Positions 29,676 through 40,707 of a stretch of DNA of 64,000 bases are shown here, in pieces. Positions within the stretch are counted from its first letter, which is position 1; every line of letters begins with the position of its first letter. The position numbers and the translations under genes are program-made. The DNA is from a virus: the IMG/VR virus record IMGVR_UViG_3300019886_000004, positions 83,917 to 147,916 of that record; one strand, 5' to 3'. The notes below the pieces were generated by a model. That model did no database searches, had not been told where the DNA came from, and saw only the letters and a list, made by a program, of their open reading frames with translations.

Positions 29676-31036
29676 TGTCAATACCGGTATCAAATTCATG
29701 CTGCGAACCACAAAGCTTAAAGCTAAATAACTCTACAGGTTATTTATCCATTTCCGATGGTAATAGTGTCTATTTAGGTACTATAATAAAAGCATTAGGT
29801 ATAAGTACACCTGTCATTGACTTCACTTTGGGTGGATTTATATTAACTTTGACTTATACAGATGCTGGTGGTGTTATACAACATAAAAATGTAGACCTTT
29901 CAGCACTTGCTCAGGGTGGTAGTTTTAGTGTAGCAGATACTCCAACAACTCATTTAGTATATACTAATGGTGTTTTAACTGCAAATGTAAACATATCAAC
30001 TGCAACCAATAATTCTATATTAGCAAAAACAGATGGTATATGGGCTCCTAATTTTACTGAGACTATACTTACAACTACGGATAGTCCATCTATAGCCTTC
30101 ACAACAAGTGGAGTAGATGGACATAATGTATCCGGATCAGTTAAGATATCTCAGACAGTAGGTAATAAAATTCAGATAGCTAGTGATGGATTATTAGTCA
30201 ATGATATGACTACTTATTTGCTTGCTGGCACAAATATAACTTTAAGTGGTAGTGGTACTGCCTCATCTCCTTACATAATAACAGCAGGTGGTTTTTCTCA
30301 AGTACCTCTTTCTGTTAATGATAGTTCTTCCTTCCATTTTATTTCTTCTGGAACAAGCGGAATGACTTTAAGTGGTAATGTAAAAGTATCTGGATCTACA
30401 GCCAATGCGCTTATTGTTAATGCTGATGGTTTGTATGTACCGCAAGCAAGTACAAATAGTTATAGTGATGTTCAAGCAAGAGCAGCTATAAGCGCAATTG
30501 CACCTCTTTTGTATAATAATACAACTGGTGTAATGAGTTTAGCTCAAGCAACTAGTTCAACTAGTGGTTATCTTGCAAATGCAGATTGGCTTACTTTTAA
30601 TGGTAAGATATCTACAGGAGCTTCAATAGGAACAGCTAGCTCAGTACCTGTATATGCAGGACAAAATGGGACTACTTTAAACTTTAATGGTTTAAGAGCT
30701 GGCACAAATGTAACACTTAACCAGTCTGGTAATGATATAGTTATTAATGCATCCAGTAGTGGTGGAGGTACACCTTCAAGTGTATTCTCTATAGACTTTA
30801 TAGTTGGTGATGGTGGAGCATTAACTCCAACAGCTAATGCATCTCAGTTTAATCCTTCTTCAAATCCTTTAGCGGGTAAAACAATACTTGGTTTTTGGGT
30901 AGAAGGTATTAAGACAGCTGGAGTTCCGAGAACTGGAGGAGAACTATATTTTACTTTTAGTCAATCGGTTGGAACTATAACTCTTACAAATGGAGTTTTT
31001 TCCTTAGATACATATTATTCAATACTTTATAAATAA
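29675..31036 (+). CDS. Tail fibre-like structural protein
   Basis: AGTNITLSGSGT, QATSSTSGYL..DWLTFNGK fibre repeats. Confidence 0.65.
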   Translation: MSIPVSNSCCEPQSLKLNNSTGYLSISDGNSVYLGTIIKALGISTPVIDFTLGGFILTLTYTDAGGVIQHKNVDLSALAQGGSFSVADTPTTHLVYTNGVLTANVNISTATNNSILAKTDGIWAPNFTETILTTTDSPSIAFTTSGVDGHNVSGSVKISQTVGNKIQIASDGLLVNDMTTYLLAGTNITLSGSGTASSPYIITAGGFSQVPLSVNDSSSFHFISSGTSGMTLSGNVKVSGSTANALIVNADGLYVPQASTNSYSDVQARAAISAIAPLLYNNTTGVMSLAQATSSTSGYLANADWLTFNGKISTGASIGTASSVPVYAGQNGTTLNFNGLRAGTNVTLNQSGNDIVINASSSGGGTPSSVFSIDFIVGDGGALTPTANASQFNPSSNPLAGKTILGFWVEGIKTAGVPRTGGELYFTFSQSVGTITLTNGVFSLDTYYSILYK

Positions 31037-34000
31037 TGAAAAAATTATTTAAATTCATACTGCTCCTTACTTTACCTTTCCTATTACCTAAGATATCTTT
31101 TGGACAAACAGGTGTTCAGTGGTTAGGTACTAAGGATAATGTTGTTGTTACTAGAAATATAGCAAGAGAAGATAGTGCTCATGAATTTGCGCTAACTGAT
31201 ACTAGCAAGCACCCAGCACGTCCAGGTAGAATGATATCTTTTAATGGATCTCCTTACTGGTGGAATGGTATTTTCTGGTATAGACTAAACGGTGATACTT
31301 CAACAGTACCTGGCCAAGTTAATGCTGACTGGACAGCTACCACTGGTGTGGCTCTTATTTTACATAAACCAACCTTTGCAACTGTTGCTACAACTGGATC
31401 ATATACAGATTTAATAAATCCACCAACAATACCTGCAGCTCAGGTTGCTGTGGATTGGAACGCAGCTAGTGGTATAACTCATATTTTAAATAAACCAAGA
31501 ATAACAGATTCAATATGGAGAGTTATAGGTAAGGACTCTATACTATTCAGAATAGTTGGACCAGATGGAGTTGTTAGAAACTATTCAATACTTGACTCCG
31601 CTGGTGGAGCAGGAGGAGGCGGAGGAGGGACTGTATTTAGCGTGGCAGCAGCAAATCTTACACCTTTATTCTCAACAAATGTTGCAACTGCAACAACTAA
31701 TCCAAGCATTACTTTTACTTTAAATAACGCAGCAGCACATACATTCTTCGGAAATAACACTGGATCAACTGGACCACCTACATACTCTACAATAGGTTTG
31801 GGAGATCTTCCAACTATTCCATTAACAAAAACAGATGTTACAAATGGTATTGGTATATCAGCTATAGTTAGTGGTGTGATAAAAGTAGATACAAGTGTAA
31901 TAGGTTATCCTAAATTCATATCGATTTCTAGGAGTCCTAATACAGATAGTGTTTATTACACAGTTAAAACTAATGCAGCTACTACTGTAAAGACACTTGG
32001 TTTAATAGATAGTGTGAGATATACTAGTATTGGACTTGCTGGAACTACTAATTTAGGTTATCAAACAGGACCTTCTAGTTTCTATACTAGAAAAGTTAGA
32101 CCAGGTACCAATACTGCTTTTACAGCAGATACTGATAGTACACTTGTAATAGCGAGTACATTAACTAATGTAATCAATACTTTACAAGTAATAAATTCTG
32201 GTGCTGCTAGAAGTATTCAAGTTGGTACATTTTCTGGAAGACCTACTGGTAATACTGGAGATTTTTATGTGGTAAGTGACTCTAGCTATCGTGAAAGTTA
32301 TAAAACTGCTAGTGGATGGATATGGATGACAGTAAGTCCTAAGCAACTAGCAGATAGTTTTGCTATTGTTGACACGGTAAAAATAGCACATGTTGCTCCA
32401 ATAAGTAACCTTTATACGAATAGTAATGGAACAACAATAGTTGATGTAGGTTCCAGACAGGGTTGGGGTATGTTAATAACCAAATTAACTGACTCTAGTA
32501 ATCAGTACATGGTTGATAGTAATGCCATAAAAGTCTTAGTTGGATCTGGAGTTACAAGTAGTGTTCAGAGTCAATTTTCTGTTTCGGGTAATGGCACATC
32601 AGCCAATAAACTACAGTTAGTTAATGACTCAGCTGCTGGACCTAATTATGCCTATTATCGAAATAGTGCTGGAAGGCTTGGTTGGTATCCAATAATTAAT
32701 GGTCCATTAGCCACACCATCTAGTCCGGGTTTTCTTTCAGCTAATGATTATATAACTATACATACTAGAATAACAGCTATAAATGCTCCAGGATCTGGAG
32801 ATAGTTTAATGTATGCGGTTCCAACAGCTGACACTTTAGTCACTAAAAGAATAATAAAAGGTTATGGATTACTGGCCACAGTAACTCAAAATAATATTAA
32901 ATATGATGTAGATACAACTACATTAAAAGCTGTATTTGGAGCTGGTTCTGGAAGTGGATTAGGTACTGTTACTAGTTTTTCTAGTGGTAATCTAAATCCG
33001 TTATTTACTACCAGTGTAGCAACAGCTACAACTACTCCAACACAAACATTTACATTATCTAATGCTGGTCCTTATATGGTATTTGGAAATAATAGTGGAT
33101 CAACAACTACTCCTTCTTACTTTACTCCTATTTTAGCTAGTCTTCTATATCAAAACCAAGGAACTACAACTACATTGCTTCATGGTAATGGGGTAGGTGC
33201 ACCTAGTTGGTCTACTTTAAATTTAGCTAGTGAAGTATCAAATGTGTTAGGTACTACAAATGGTGGTACAAACATAAGTTCTTATGCACTTGGAGATATC
33301 ATTTATTCTAATGGTACTAATTCTCTAGCCAAATTAGCTGGTAATGTTACAACAGGCAAACAAGTACTCATTCAAACAGGTAACGGATCTATATCTGCAG
33401 CGCCAGTTTGGGGTAATTTGACAAATGTTGATGTGGGATTGGGAAATGTTGAAAATACAGCATTATCTACTTGGTCTGGATCCACTAATATAACAACATT
33501 AGGTACAATAGGTACAGGTGTATGGAATGGTACTATTATTGATGCTGTACGTGGTGGTACCGGACACGGTTCTTATACTATAGGTGATGTTCTAGTAGCT
33601 AATAGCACTACAACATTAGGTTTAGTAAGTGACGTAGCGGCAGGCAATGTATTTTTATCCGGAGGTGTAGGTGCACAACCTACTTATGGTAAAGTTAATC
33701 TTGGTACAATGATAACAGGTAATCTTCCTGTTGCTAACTTAAATAATGGTTCTGGAGCTAGTGCTTCAACAGTCTGGACAGGCAATGGCACATGGCAACC
33801 CTTTAACACAACCCTTTACAGTGGTGATGGAACTCTTGCTAGCAATAGAACTGTTACAATGGCATCTAACTCTCTTACTTTTACAGGAGGTAGTAAAGTC
33901 ACTTTCAATCAGGCTGTTCAAATAGCCGATGGTACACAAGGTACTAGTAAAGTTTTTACTTCTGATGCTAGTGGTAATGGAGCGTGGGGACTAGTAATTG

Positions 34001-34359
34001 CTTCTGGTGTTTATACACCTACTATTACTAATTCAACAAATGTAGCATCTAGCACTTTTTCTAGTGCTTTTTATAAAAGAATTGGTAATGTAGTTGAGGT
34101 AACTATTACATTTGGTATGGTATGTACCACTGCTGGTGTTCCTACTACTATAACTTTTACAACACCACCTGGTTTGACTGGAGTTTGGTCGTCAAGCACA
34201 TCATTCTTAGGTATTGGTAGTTATGGTGTTAATGGAGTATATACACCTGGTGTAGCTATATTTTCCGGAACCTCTGGTGGTATAGTAGCTTTTCAATGTA
34301 ATGGTCTATCCGGTAGTTCTAATAGTGGATGTATTAAATTCACCTATTCACTTATATAA
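31036..34359 (+). CDS. Large fibre-like protein with signal peptide
   Basis: Leader ending SFG-Q; QVNADW..ILHKP, ATTGSYTDLIN, DVGLGNVENT, NGGT repeats. Confidence 0.65.
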   Translation: MKKLFKFILLLTLPFLLPKISFGQTGVQWLGTKDNVVVTRNIAREDSAHEFALTDTSKHPARPGRMISFNGSPYWWNGIFWYRLNGDTSTVPGQVNADWTATTGVALILHKPTFATVATTGSYTDLINPPTIPAAQVAVDWNAASGITHILNKPRITDSIWRVIGKDSILFRIVGPDGVVRNYSILDSAGGAGGGGGGTVFSVAAANLTPLFSTNVATATTNPSITFTLNNAAAHTFFGNNTGSTGPPTYSTIGLGDLPTIPLTKTDVTNGIGISAIVSGVIKVDTSVIGYPKFISISRSPNTDSVYYTVKTNAATTVKTLGLIDSVRYTSIGLAGTTNLGYQTGPSSFYTRKVRPGTNTAFTADTDSTLVIASTLTNVINTLQVINSGAARSIQVGTFSGRPTGNTGDFYVVSDSSYRESYKTASGWIWMTVSPKQLADSFAIVDTVKIAHVAPISNLYTNSNGTTIVDVGSRQGWGMLITKLTDSSNQYMVDSNAIKVLVGSGVTSSVQSQFSVSGNGTSANKLQLVNDSAAGPNYAYYRNSAGRLGWYPIINGPLATPSSPGFLSANDYITIHTRITAINAPGSGDSLMYAVPTADTLVTKRIIKGYGLLATVTQNNIKYDVDTTTLKAVFGAGSGSGLGTVTSFSSGNLNPLFTTSVATATTTPTQTFTLSNAGPYMVFGNNSGSTTTPSYFTPILASLLYQNQGTTTTLLHGNGVGAPSWSTLNLASEVSNVLGTTNGGTNISSYALGDIIYSNGTNSLAKLAGNVTTGKQVLIQTGNGSISAAPVWGNLTNVDVGLGNVENTALSTWSGSTNITTLGTIGTGVWNGTIIDAVRGGTGHGSYTIGDVLVANSTTTLGLVSDVAAGNVFLSGGVGAQPTYGKVNLGTMITGNLPVANLNNGSGASASTVWTGNGTWQPFNTTLYSGDGTLASNRTVTMASNSLTFTGGSKVTFNQAVQIADGTQGTSKVFTSDASGNGAWGLVIASGVYTPTITNSTNVASSTFSSAFYKRIGNVVEVTITFGMVCTTAGVPTTITFTTPPGLTGVWSSSTSFLGIGSYGVNGVYTPGVAIFSGTSGGIVAFQCNGLSGSSNSGCIKFTYSLI

Positions 34360-34367
34360 CAATTAGT

Positions 34368-35693
34368 ATGAAAAAATTATTATATCTCTTTTTATTTTTA
34401 ATACCTGTGTTTAGTTTCGGTCAATTACCAATACTAAATTTGAGTAATATGGTGCAACCAGGTAATACACCATCTATATCTATTGCTACAAGCTCTATAA
34501 CATTTGCACCAATAGTATCTGGTAATAGTTCTGCGTCCCAGAATACAACAACTACAGCTGCTAATCTAACAAATCCCGGATCAATAACTTCTCCAGGTAC
34601 ATGGTTAGAATTATCCTTTAATAATAGTACTCCCTGGTCATCTAGTTTAAGTCTTCCAATAACATCAGGTAACTGGACTGGAGCACCGGTAGTATTTTAT
34701 TTTAGAGTAACTTCCGTAGCTCCTGTTGGTCCTAACACTGGTAATATAACAGTAGCATCAAGTGGAGCATCACCTAAAACTATAGCTGTTACTGCAACAG
34801 TAACGTCTCCAGGAGCGTCTTTAAATGCTAGTCCGTTATCTTTTACAGGTATGTCTGCTGTGGCTGGTACTCAAGGATCAAGTGTTAACTATCTTTTAAC
34901 CGGATCTAATTTGGGTGCAAATAATGTAACAGTAACTGCTCCAACTAATTTTTTAGTATCTAAAGATAATTCATCTTTTGCTACTTCACAAGTAGTAACC
35001 CCTAGTAGTGGATCTGTTAATCAAACTATATATACAGCAATAGCTTCTACAGCCCTAGCTGGAGCAGTATCTGGTAATATATCAAATGTTGTTTCAGGTG
35101 CAAGTACAGTTAATGTATCAGTTTCAGGCGTTGTAAGTTCTCCAAGTTCAGCTGATAGTATAAATGTCAATTTTTGGAATAGTGCAAATGGTAATGTTAA
35201 TCCGGCTAATGGTTGGAATAATATAGCTTTAATTGAGTCAGGTTCACCTCAAACAAGTGCTACTTTACTTAGAACTACAGGTGTCTCTTCTGGAGTGACT
35301 GTAACTATAAGCACTGTAGATCTTTTATTTGATAATTTTGATAATGGTGCTGGATATGGCAATGCCACCACTCTTCCTATACCACCTGTTGTATGGAGAA
35401 TAGAGGCTGTTTCTACCGCATCTGAAGCTGTTACCTTAACACTTAATGGATTAGTAGTTGGACATCATTATAACTTCTTGATAGGTTCTGGTGCTAACAC
35501 AGGTACAGCAAGACCACAATCCTTTGCAATACCTGGTCAAACTACTCAAAATTTAGATGCTAGACAAAATATAAATACTTTAGTTTCATTTACTAGTATA
35601 ACAGCAGGAGCTACTTCACTCGTACTTACTGTAACACCAACAAGTGGAGCTTCTACTTCACTTAATTTCTTCCAGTTAGTAGATAATCATTAA
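34368..35693 (+). CDS. Secreted Ig-like/beta-sandwich protein
   Basis: Leader ending SFG-Q; two Ig-like repeats and a C-terminal beta domain. Confidence 0.6.
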   Translation: MKKLLYLFLFLIPVFSFGQLPILNLSNMVQPGNTPSISIATSSITFAPIVSGNSSASQNTTTTAANLTNPGSITSPGTWLELSFNNSTPWSSSLSLPITSGNWTGAPVVFYFRVTSVAPVGPNTGNITVASSGASPKTIAVTATVTSPGASLNASPLSFTGMSAVAGTQGSSVNYLLTGSNLGANNVTVTAPTNFLVSKDNSSFATSQVVTPSSGSVNQTIYTAIASTALAGAVSGNISNVVSGASTVNVSVSGVVSSPSSADSINVNFWNSANGNVNPANGWNNIALIESGSPQTSATLLRTTGVSSGVTVTISTVDLLFDNFDNGAGYGNATTLPIPPVVWRIEAVSTASEAVTLTLNGLVVGHHYNFLIGSGANTGTARPQSFAIPGQTTQNLDARQNINTLVSFTSITAGATSLVLTVTPTSGASTSLNFFQLVDNH

Positions 35694-35695
35694 TA

Positions 35696-38600
35696 ATGAG
35701 GAAATTACTATTTCTAATATTATCTTTTATAGGTTTTTATGCTAATGCTCAGGTAGAGTCTACAATCTCAGTGCCTTATACTAGTTCTGCTAGTCCTACT
35801 TTTCAGGCATTATTATATTTACCTTCTGATTATAATACTACAAGTGGTAATTATCCTTTGATAATTTTCTGCCATGGTTCTGGAGAATCATGTCCTCCTC
35901 TAAGTAATATTTATAATAGCTCAAGCGCTGGTGGACCACCTTATGAAATAGAACATGGAACCTGGCCAACTGATGGAGGTTTCATAAACCCAAAAGATGG
36001 CCTAAAATATAAGTTTATAGTTGTTTCTCCTCAATCTGCTTGTAATAGCTGGTCTGCATCTGGAGATCAAATAGAGAACATAAAAATCTATTTAGTTACA
36101 CACTATAGAATAGATATAAATAGAATTTACGGCACCGGTTTGTCTTCTGGTGGTGGTGGTATGATAGAAAATGTATCTCATCAAAACGGTAATGAAACAG
36201 GACCTGTCTTCACACCTACATATCCTTTTGCTGCTGTTGTTCCAATGAGCCCTGCTACTAATAGTCCTCAGCAATCATGGATGGCTACAATGGTTCATGA
36301 CAGTACCTCTGGATGGTGGTTTGGTGACCAGTCTGGTGACACTTATGGAGAATGGGCTTTAAATGAAATTAATTTTGTCAATGCTATTAAAACAAACTAT
36401 GCTAGATTAACAGGTCATCCTGGAACTAGTGGACAAAATAGCTTTACAACAGGTCATGGCCCTTGGAGACCATTTTATATTCCAACATATACAGAAACAT
36501 TTGTAGCTGTTGGTATGACTACACCAGCTACTATGAATATGTACCAGTGGTTTTTAACACAAACCAGACCAGGAGCAGTAGTAACAACTCCAACAGCTAA
36601 CGCTGGATCAAATCAAAATATAACATTACCAACAAACTCTGCTACGTTAAGTGGCTCAGGTACGCCAGGTAGTGGACATCTAATAAGTTCGTATGGTTGG
36701 ACGCAAATTTCTGGACCTAATACTGCTAATATTAATCCATCTAGTTCAACTACTACTGGATCTACCACTGTGAGTGGACTTATTGCTGGAACTTACGTTT
36801 TTCAATTAACAGTAACTAATAATATATCAGCTACTGCTACTAGTACTGTTTCAGTAACAGTTAATCCAGCGCCTGCTCCAACAGCCAACGCAGGACCAGA
36901 TCGTACATTGGTCTTACCAACTACGACTTTAACATTAGATGGGTCCGCATCAAGTAATACTACTTCTTACAGTTGGACTTTCATATCCGGACCAGGCACT
37001 CCAACTATAGTTTCTCCTACTTCTGCTATAACAAATATAAATAATTTATCAGCAGTTGGAGTTTATATATTTCAGCTTTCTGTAAATGGTGGAGTAAGTA
37101 CAGATAGAGCAAACGTAACAGTTAATGCTGCATCTACTTATCCCGCCTGTGGGACTGGAACTAAATATACTCCAGTACCAGATCCATCTGATTCAGGTGT
37201 GTTTATAGGTGTATCATCTGCTGCCAACTATAAACCTGGTGATACTATTGTTTTAAGTAGTGCTTTTAAATGGAGTTATTTCGAAATGGATGGATATCAA
37301 GGTAATCCTTCTTGTCCATTAGTAATTATAAATGATGTAGGTATAACTAAACTAAGAAAGTTTATACGTCTAGATGGTTGTACATACATAAAAATAGTTG
37401 GAGGTGGTAATTCAGGTAATTTCTATGGTTTATTTATAGAATACGATCCTGTAAATATATGGCAAGGATTTGCTGGTATACAACTAGTTGGAAGAACTTC
37501 TAACATAGAAGTAACAAGAGTATTTACACACCACACAGACATTGGTATAGTTTGTGAGAATAATGGTAGTTGTGATCCCAGTCAAAATTATCCTAATTGG
37601 ATAATAGATTCAATTTTTATACATGATAACAAAATTGTTGGCACCTGGAATGAAGGGATGTATATTGGTAATACCGCTCCAGACAATCAAGGTAATGATT
37701 TAAGACCAGTAGTTTGTCCGATTGGTGTTGGTGGTGCAGATAGCACTATTTATCCAGCTCCAGCTAAAAATGGATATACAAAAATTTGGAACAATATAGT
37801 AGATACAACTGGGAGAGGTGGTATACAGTTAGCTAATGCAATAAATGGTCCTAGTGAGATATATAACAATACTGTCAGTCATAATGGAATAAATGGAGAT
37901 GATGCTCAAGGAGCAGCCATTAACTTAGGATTATACACACAAGTGTATGTTCATGACAATACAATAAGTAATACTTATACATGGGGTATATCTAGTATAG
38001 GATCGGGAGCTACTAATAAGCCTGTTAGACTAGAGAATAATCATATTGATAGTTCGGGTTTCTTAAGAACTTTTGATCTATCTCAAACTAGTAGAGATCA
38101 TTATAATCCTGCTACAGAACCAAGTTTTATTGATAGTTTACCTTGGCCTTATCCTTTATTTATAGATACAAGACCTCGCCATTATACTACAGATTCACCA
38201 CATCCTGGTACAGCAATAGTTGGACAAGATAGTACTCAATTCTGGATAAAAAATAATGTAGTAGGATTATTTAAAGCAGTAACAAGAACTGATGGTGGGG
38301 CAACTGCAGCTATTCAAATACAAGATGACTTCCTAGGTATACAAAAATTTGGTAATATAATTTGTAACAATACAAATAAGAATGGTAGTCCTGCTACAAT
38401 ATTTGTAGATAATAGTAATGGTACAATAAATTATTCTACAAACTGTTCTGCTCCTCCTACAGTAAATGCTGGTACAGATCAGTTCCTGTCTAGTGGATCA
38501 ACTAGTGTTAACTTGGTTGGCACAGCGGTTCCAACAAGTGGAGCAACTATAACACAAGTTACATGGACACAACTTTCTGGTAGTAATCCGGTTTCGATAG

Positions 38601-38779
38601 GTTCTCTACATTCTCTTAATACAATAGCAACTGGACTTACACCATCAGGAGTTTATACGTTTAGATTATTTGCACTAGATAGTAATAACAATACTTCCAG
38701 TGATGACATAATAGTTGTAGTAGCTAGTGGAGCTCCGGCTCAATATCTTTTATTTAGACGAAAAACATACATACAATAA
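35696..38779 (+). CDS. Secreted alpha/beta-hydrolase with PKD repeats and a right-handed beta-helix
   Basis: Leader ending ANA-Q; YPLIIFCHGSGE, RIYGTGLSSGG; three PTA/VNAG PKD-like repeats; parallel beta-helix repeats. Confidence 0.75.
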   Translation: MRKLLFLILSFIGFYANAQVESTISVPYTSSASPTFQALLYLPSDYNTTSGNYPLIIFCHGSGESCPPLSNIYNSSSAGGPPYEIEHGTWPTDGGFINPKDGLKYKFIVVSPQSACNSWSASGDQIENIKIYLVTHYRIDINRIYGTGLSSGGGGMIENVSHQNGNETGPVFTPTYPFAAVVPMSPATNSPQQSWMATMVHDSTSGWWFGDQSGDTYGEWALNEINFVNAIKTNYARLTGHPGTSGQNSFTTGHGPWRPFYIPTYTETFVAVGMTTPATMNMYQWFLTQTRPGAVVTTPTANAGSNQNITLPTNSATLSGSGTPGSGHLISSYGWTQISGPNTANINPSSSTTTGSTTVSGLIAGTYVFQLTVTNNISATATSTVSVTVNPAPAPTANAGPDRTLVLPTTTLTLDGSASSNTTSYSWTFISGPGTPTIVSPTSAITNINNLSAVGVYIFQLSVNGGVSTDRANVTVNAASTYPACGTGTKYTPVPDPSDSGVFIGVSSAANYKPGDTIVLSSAFKWSYFEMDGYQGNPSCPLVIINDVGITKLRKFIRLDGCTYIKIVGGGNSGNFYGLFIEYDPVNIWQGFAGIQLVGRTSNIEVTRVFTHHTDIGIVCENNGSCDPSQNYPNWIIDSIFIHDNKIVGTWNEGMYIGNTAPDNQGNDLRPVVCPIGVGGADSTIYPAPAKNGYTKIWNNIVDTTGRGGIQLANAINGPSEIYNNTVSHNGINGDDAQGAAINLGLYTQVYVHDNTISNTYTWGISSIGSGATNKPVRLENNHIDSSGFLRTFDLSQTSRDHYNPATEPSFIDSLPWPYPLFIDTRPRHYTTDSPHPGTAIVGQDSTQFWIKNNVVGLFKAVTRTDGGATAAIQIQDDFLGIQKFGNIICNNTNKNGSPATIFVDNSNGTINYSTNCSAPPTVNAGTDQFLSSGSTSVNLVGTAVPTSGATITQVTWTQLSGSNPVSIGSLHSLNTIATGLTPSGVYTFRLFALDSNNNTSSDDIIVVVASGAPAQYLLFRRKTYIQ

Positions 38780-40266
38780 TGACTATATATAAACTAGTTA
38801 CAGATAGACTTCTAGATAAGTTACAAAGAATGGTGAATAATCTTTACTTTATAATGGGTAAAGCTAATGGTGTTGCTACTCTTGATAGTACTGGAAAGGT
38901 ACCTACTTCTCAAATACCAAGTGGTGGAGGAGGTGGAGTAACATCTTTTAATGCTAGAACCGGAGTTGTTGTTCCAGCTTCTAGTGACTATACGTTTGCT
39001 CAGATAGCAACCACTCCAACTACTGTGACTGGTTATGGTATAACTGATGCGGCTACTTTAACAGGTACTCAAACGTTAACTAATAAGACTATATCTGGAG
39101 CATCTAATACGTTATCTAATATAGCAGAATCTTCAGTAACAAATCTAACTACTGACTTAGCAGCTAAACAAGCCACTATTACTTTAACTACTACTGGTAC
39201 AAGTGGAGCAGCAACACTGGTTGGAGCTACTTTAAATGTACCAAACTATGCAACAGGTGGTGGAACTCCTGGTGGATCTACTACGCAACTACAATATAAT
39301 AATGCTGGTGCCTTTGGTGGAACTAGTGGTGCCACCGCAACCGCTACCGTGGTAACTCTAGTGGCTCCTGTCTTAGGCACGCCTACTTCAGGTACACTGA
39401 CTAGTTGTACAGGACTTCCAATTTCAACTGGAGTTAGCGGACTTGCAGCAGGTGTTGCTACTTTTTTAGCTACTCCTACAAGTGCTAACTTAGCGACTGC
39501 TGTGACTAATGAAACTGGAAGTGGTCTTTTAGTATTTGCTACTTCTCCGGTGCTAACCACTCCTAATATTGGAGTAGCTACCGCTACTACGGTAAATAAT
39601 GTAACTATAACTGCGCCTGCTACCTCTGCTACCTTAACATTGGTTCAGGGATCAAGTTTAATAACTGCTGGTGCTTTTGCAACTACTCTTGCGGCCACTG
39701 CTGCTACAACCACTACTATACCTCCCATATCAAGCACTTTGGTTGGAATGGTGGCTAGTGGAACCGCTGCTGCTCAGGCAACATTAGATATTAACTTTAG
39801 TTCTTATTTTAGTCAATTTTCAGTTATTGAGATACAACTAAATAGTGTGATACTAGCTACAGATAATGTGGATATGTATTGTAGATTAAGTATAGATGGA
39901 ACTACTTTCGATTCTGGAGCAGGAGCATATTCTTGGGCTCTTACCTTCGGTAAATCAGATGCTTCTTCCGGTGGAGATGGTAGTAATTCTGCTACTCAAA
40001 TAGTATTAAATGGAACAGGATCTCATGTAGCAGGAAGTGCAACTATTCCATTAAATGTCACTGTAAAAATCTTTAATCCTGGTGTATCAACTTTTAGACC
40101 AATGGTTGGGTTTTCTACTCACTATTATAATGGAACTACAGCAAATATACTTTCGGCCATAGGGACCGGATCTAGAAATACTAATCAAGTAACGAAAGGA
40201 ATAAGATTCTTAACAAGTTCAGGTAATATAACATCTGCAAATTACAGAGTTATAGGATATCCATAA
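38779..40266 (+). CDS. Tail fibre protein
   Basis: GKANGVATLDSTGKVP, VTSFNARTG, PTTVTGYGITDA, QTLTNKTI repeats. Confidence 0.75.
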   Translation: MTIYKLVTDRLLDKLQRMVNNLYFIMGKANGVATLDSTGKVPTSQIPSGGGGGVTSFNARTGVVVPASSDYTFAQIATTPTTVTGYGITDAATLTGTQTLTNKTISGASNTLSNIAESSVTNLTTDLAAKQATITLTTTGTSGAATLVGATLNVPNYATGGGTPGGSTTQLQYNNAGAFGGTSGATATATVVTLVAPVLGTPTSGTLTSCTGLPISTGVSGLAAGVATFLATPTSANLATAVTNETGSGLLVFATSPVLTTPNIGVATATTVNNVTITAPATSATLTLVQGSSLITAGAFATTLAATAATTTTIPPISSTLVGMVASGTAAAQATLDINFSSYFSQFSVIEIQLNSVILATDNVDMYCRLSIDGTTFDSGAGAYSWALTFGKSDASSGGDGSNSATQIVLNGTGSHVAGSATIPLNVTVKIFNPGVSTFRPMVGFSTHYYNGTTANILSAIGTGSRNTNQVTKGIRFLTSSGNITSANYRVIGYP

Positions 40267-40287
40267 ATAATTAAAAATTCAAATATT

Positions 40288-40632
40288 ATGTTACAAAAAA
40301 TCGAATCGTTTTTTTCAGGGAATAAGGTGTTTATCCTTGGTAGTCTATCTGCCATTGGAGTTGCTTTACAGCAATATTTAACAGGAACAATAGATTGGAA
40401 AGTAATTGGTTTTGCAATTGTCATTGCTGTTCTATCTTATCTTGCCAAGAGTCTTAGTGGAACAGTTGCTTCCATATTAGGTATACTTGGTGGTGTTGCA
40501 ACTACAGTTTCTCAAGTAGCATCAGGTGGAAAAATAGGGTGGAGTGCACTTATACTTAGCACTGTCATCTCTATAATCGGAGTAGTAACAAGCTCAGCAA
40601 CCAGTACAAAAATAACTAGTCCCATAAGTTAA
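40288..40632 (+). CDS. Holin-like multi-TM protein
   Basis: Several hydrophobic helices; directly upstream of the lysozyme. Confidence 0.6.
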   Translation: MLQKIESFFSGNKVFILGSLSAIGVALQQYLTGTIDWKVIGFAIVIAVLSYLAKSLSGTVASILGILGGVATTVSQVASGGKIGWSALILSTVISIIGVVTSSATSTKITSPIS

Positions 40633-40655
40633 TTAAACTCAAATAAGTAAAAGTT

Positions 40656-40684
40656 AGCCAGAACCAAGAATGATTCTGGCTTTC
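40656..40684 (+). terminator. Hairpin between holin-like and endolysin genes
   Basis: AGCCAGAA/TTCTGGCT followed by TTCGTT. Confidence 0.45.
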
Positions 40685-40707
40685 GTTGTTATTGATCATC
40701 AACTAAA

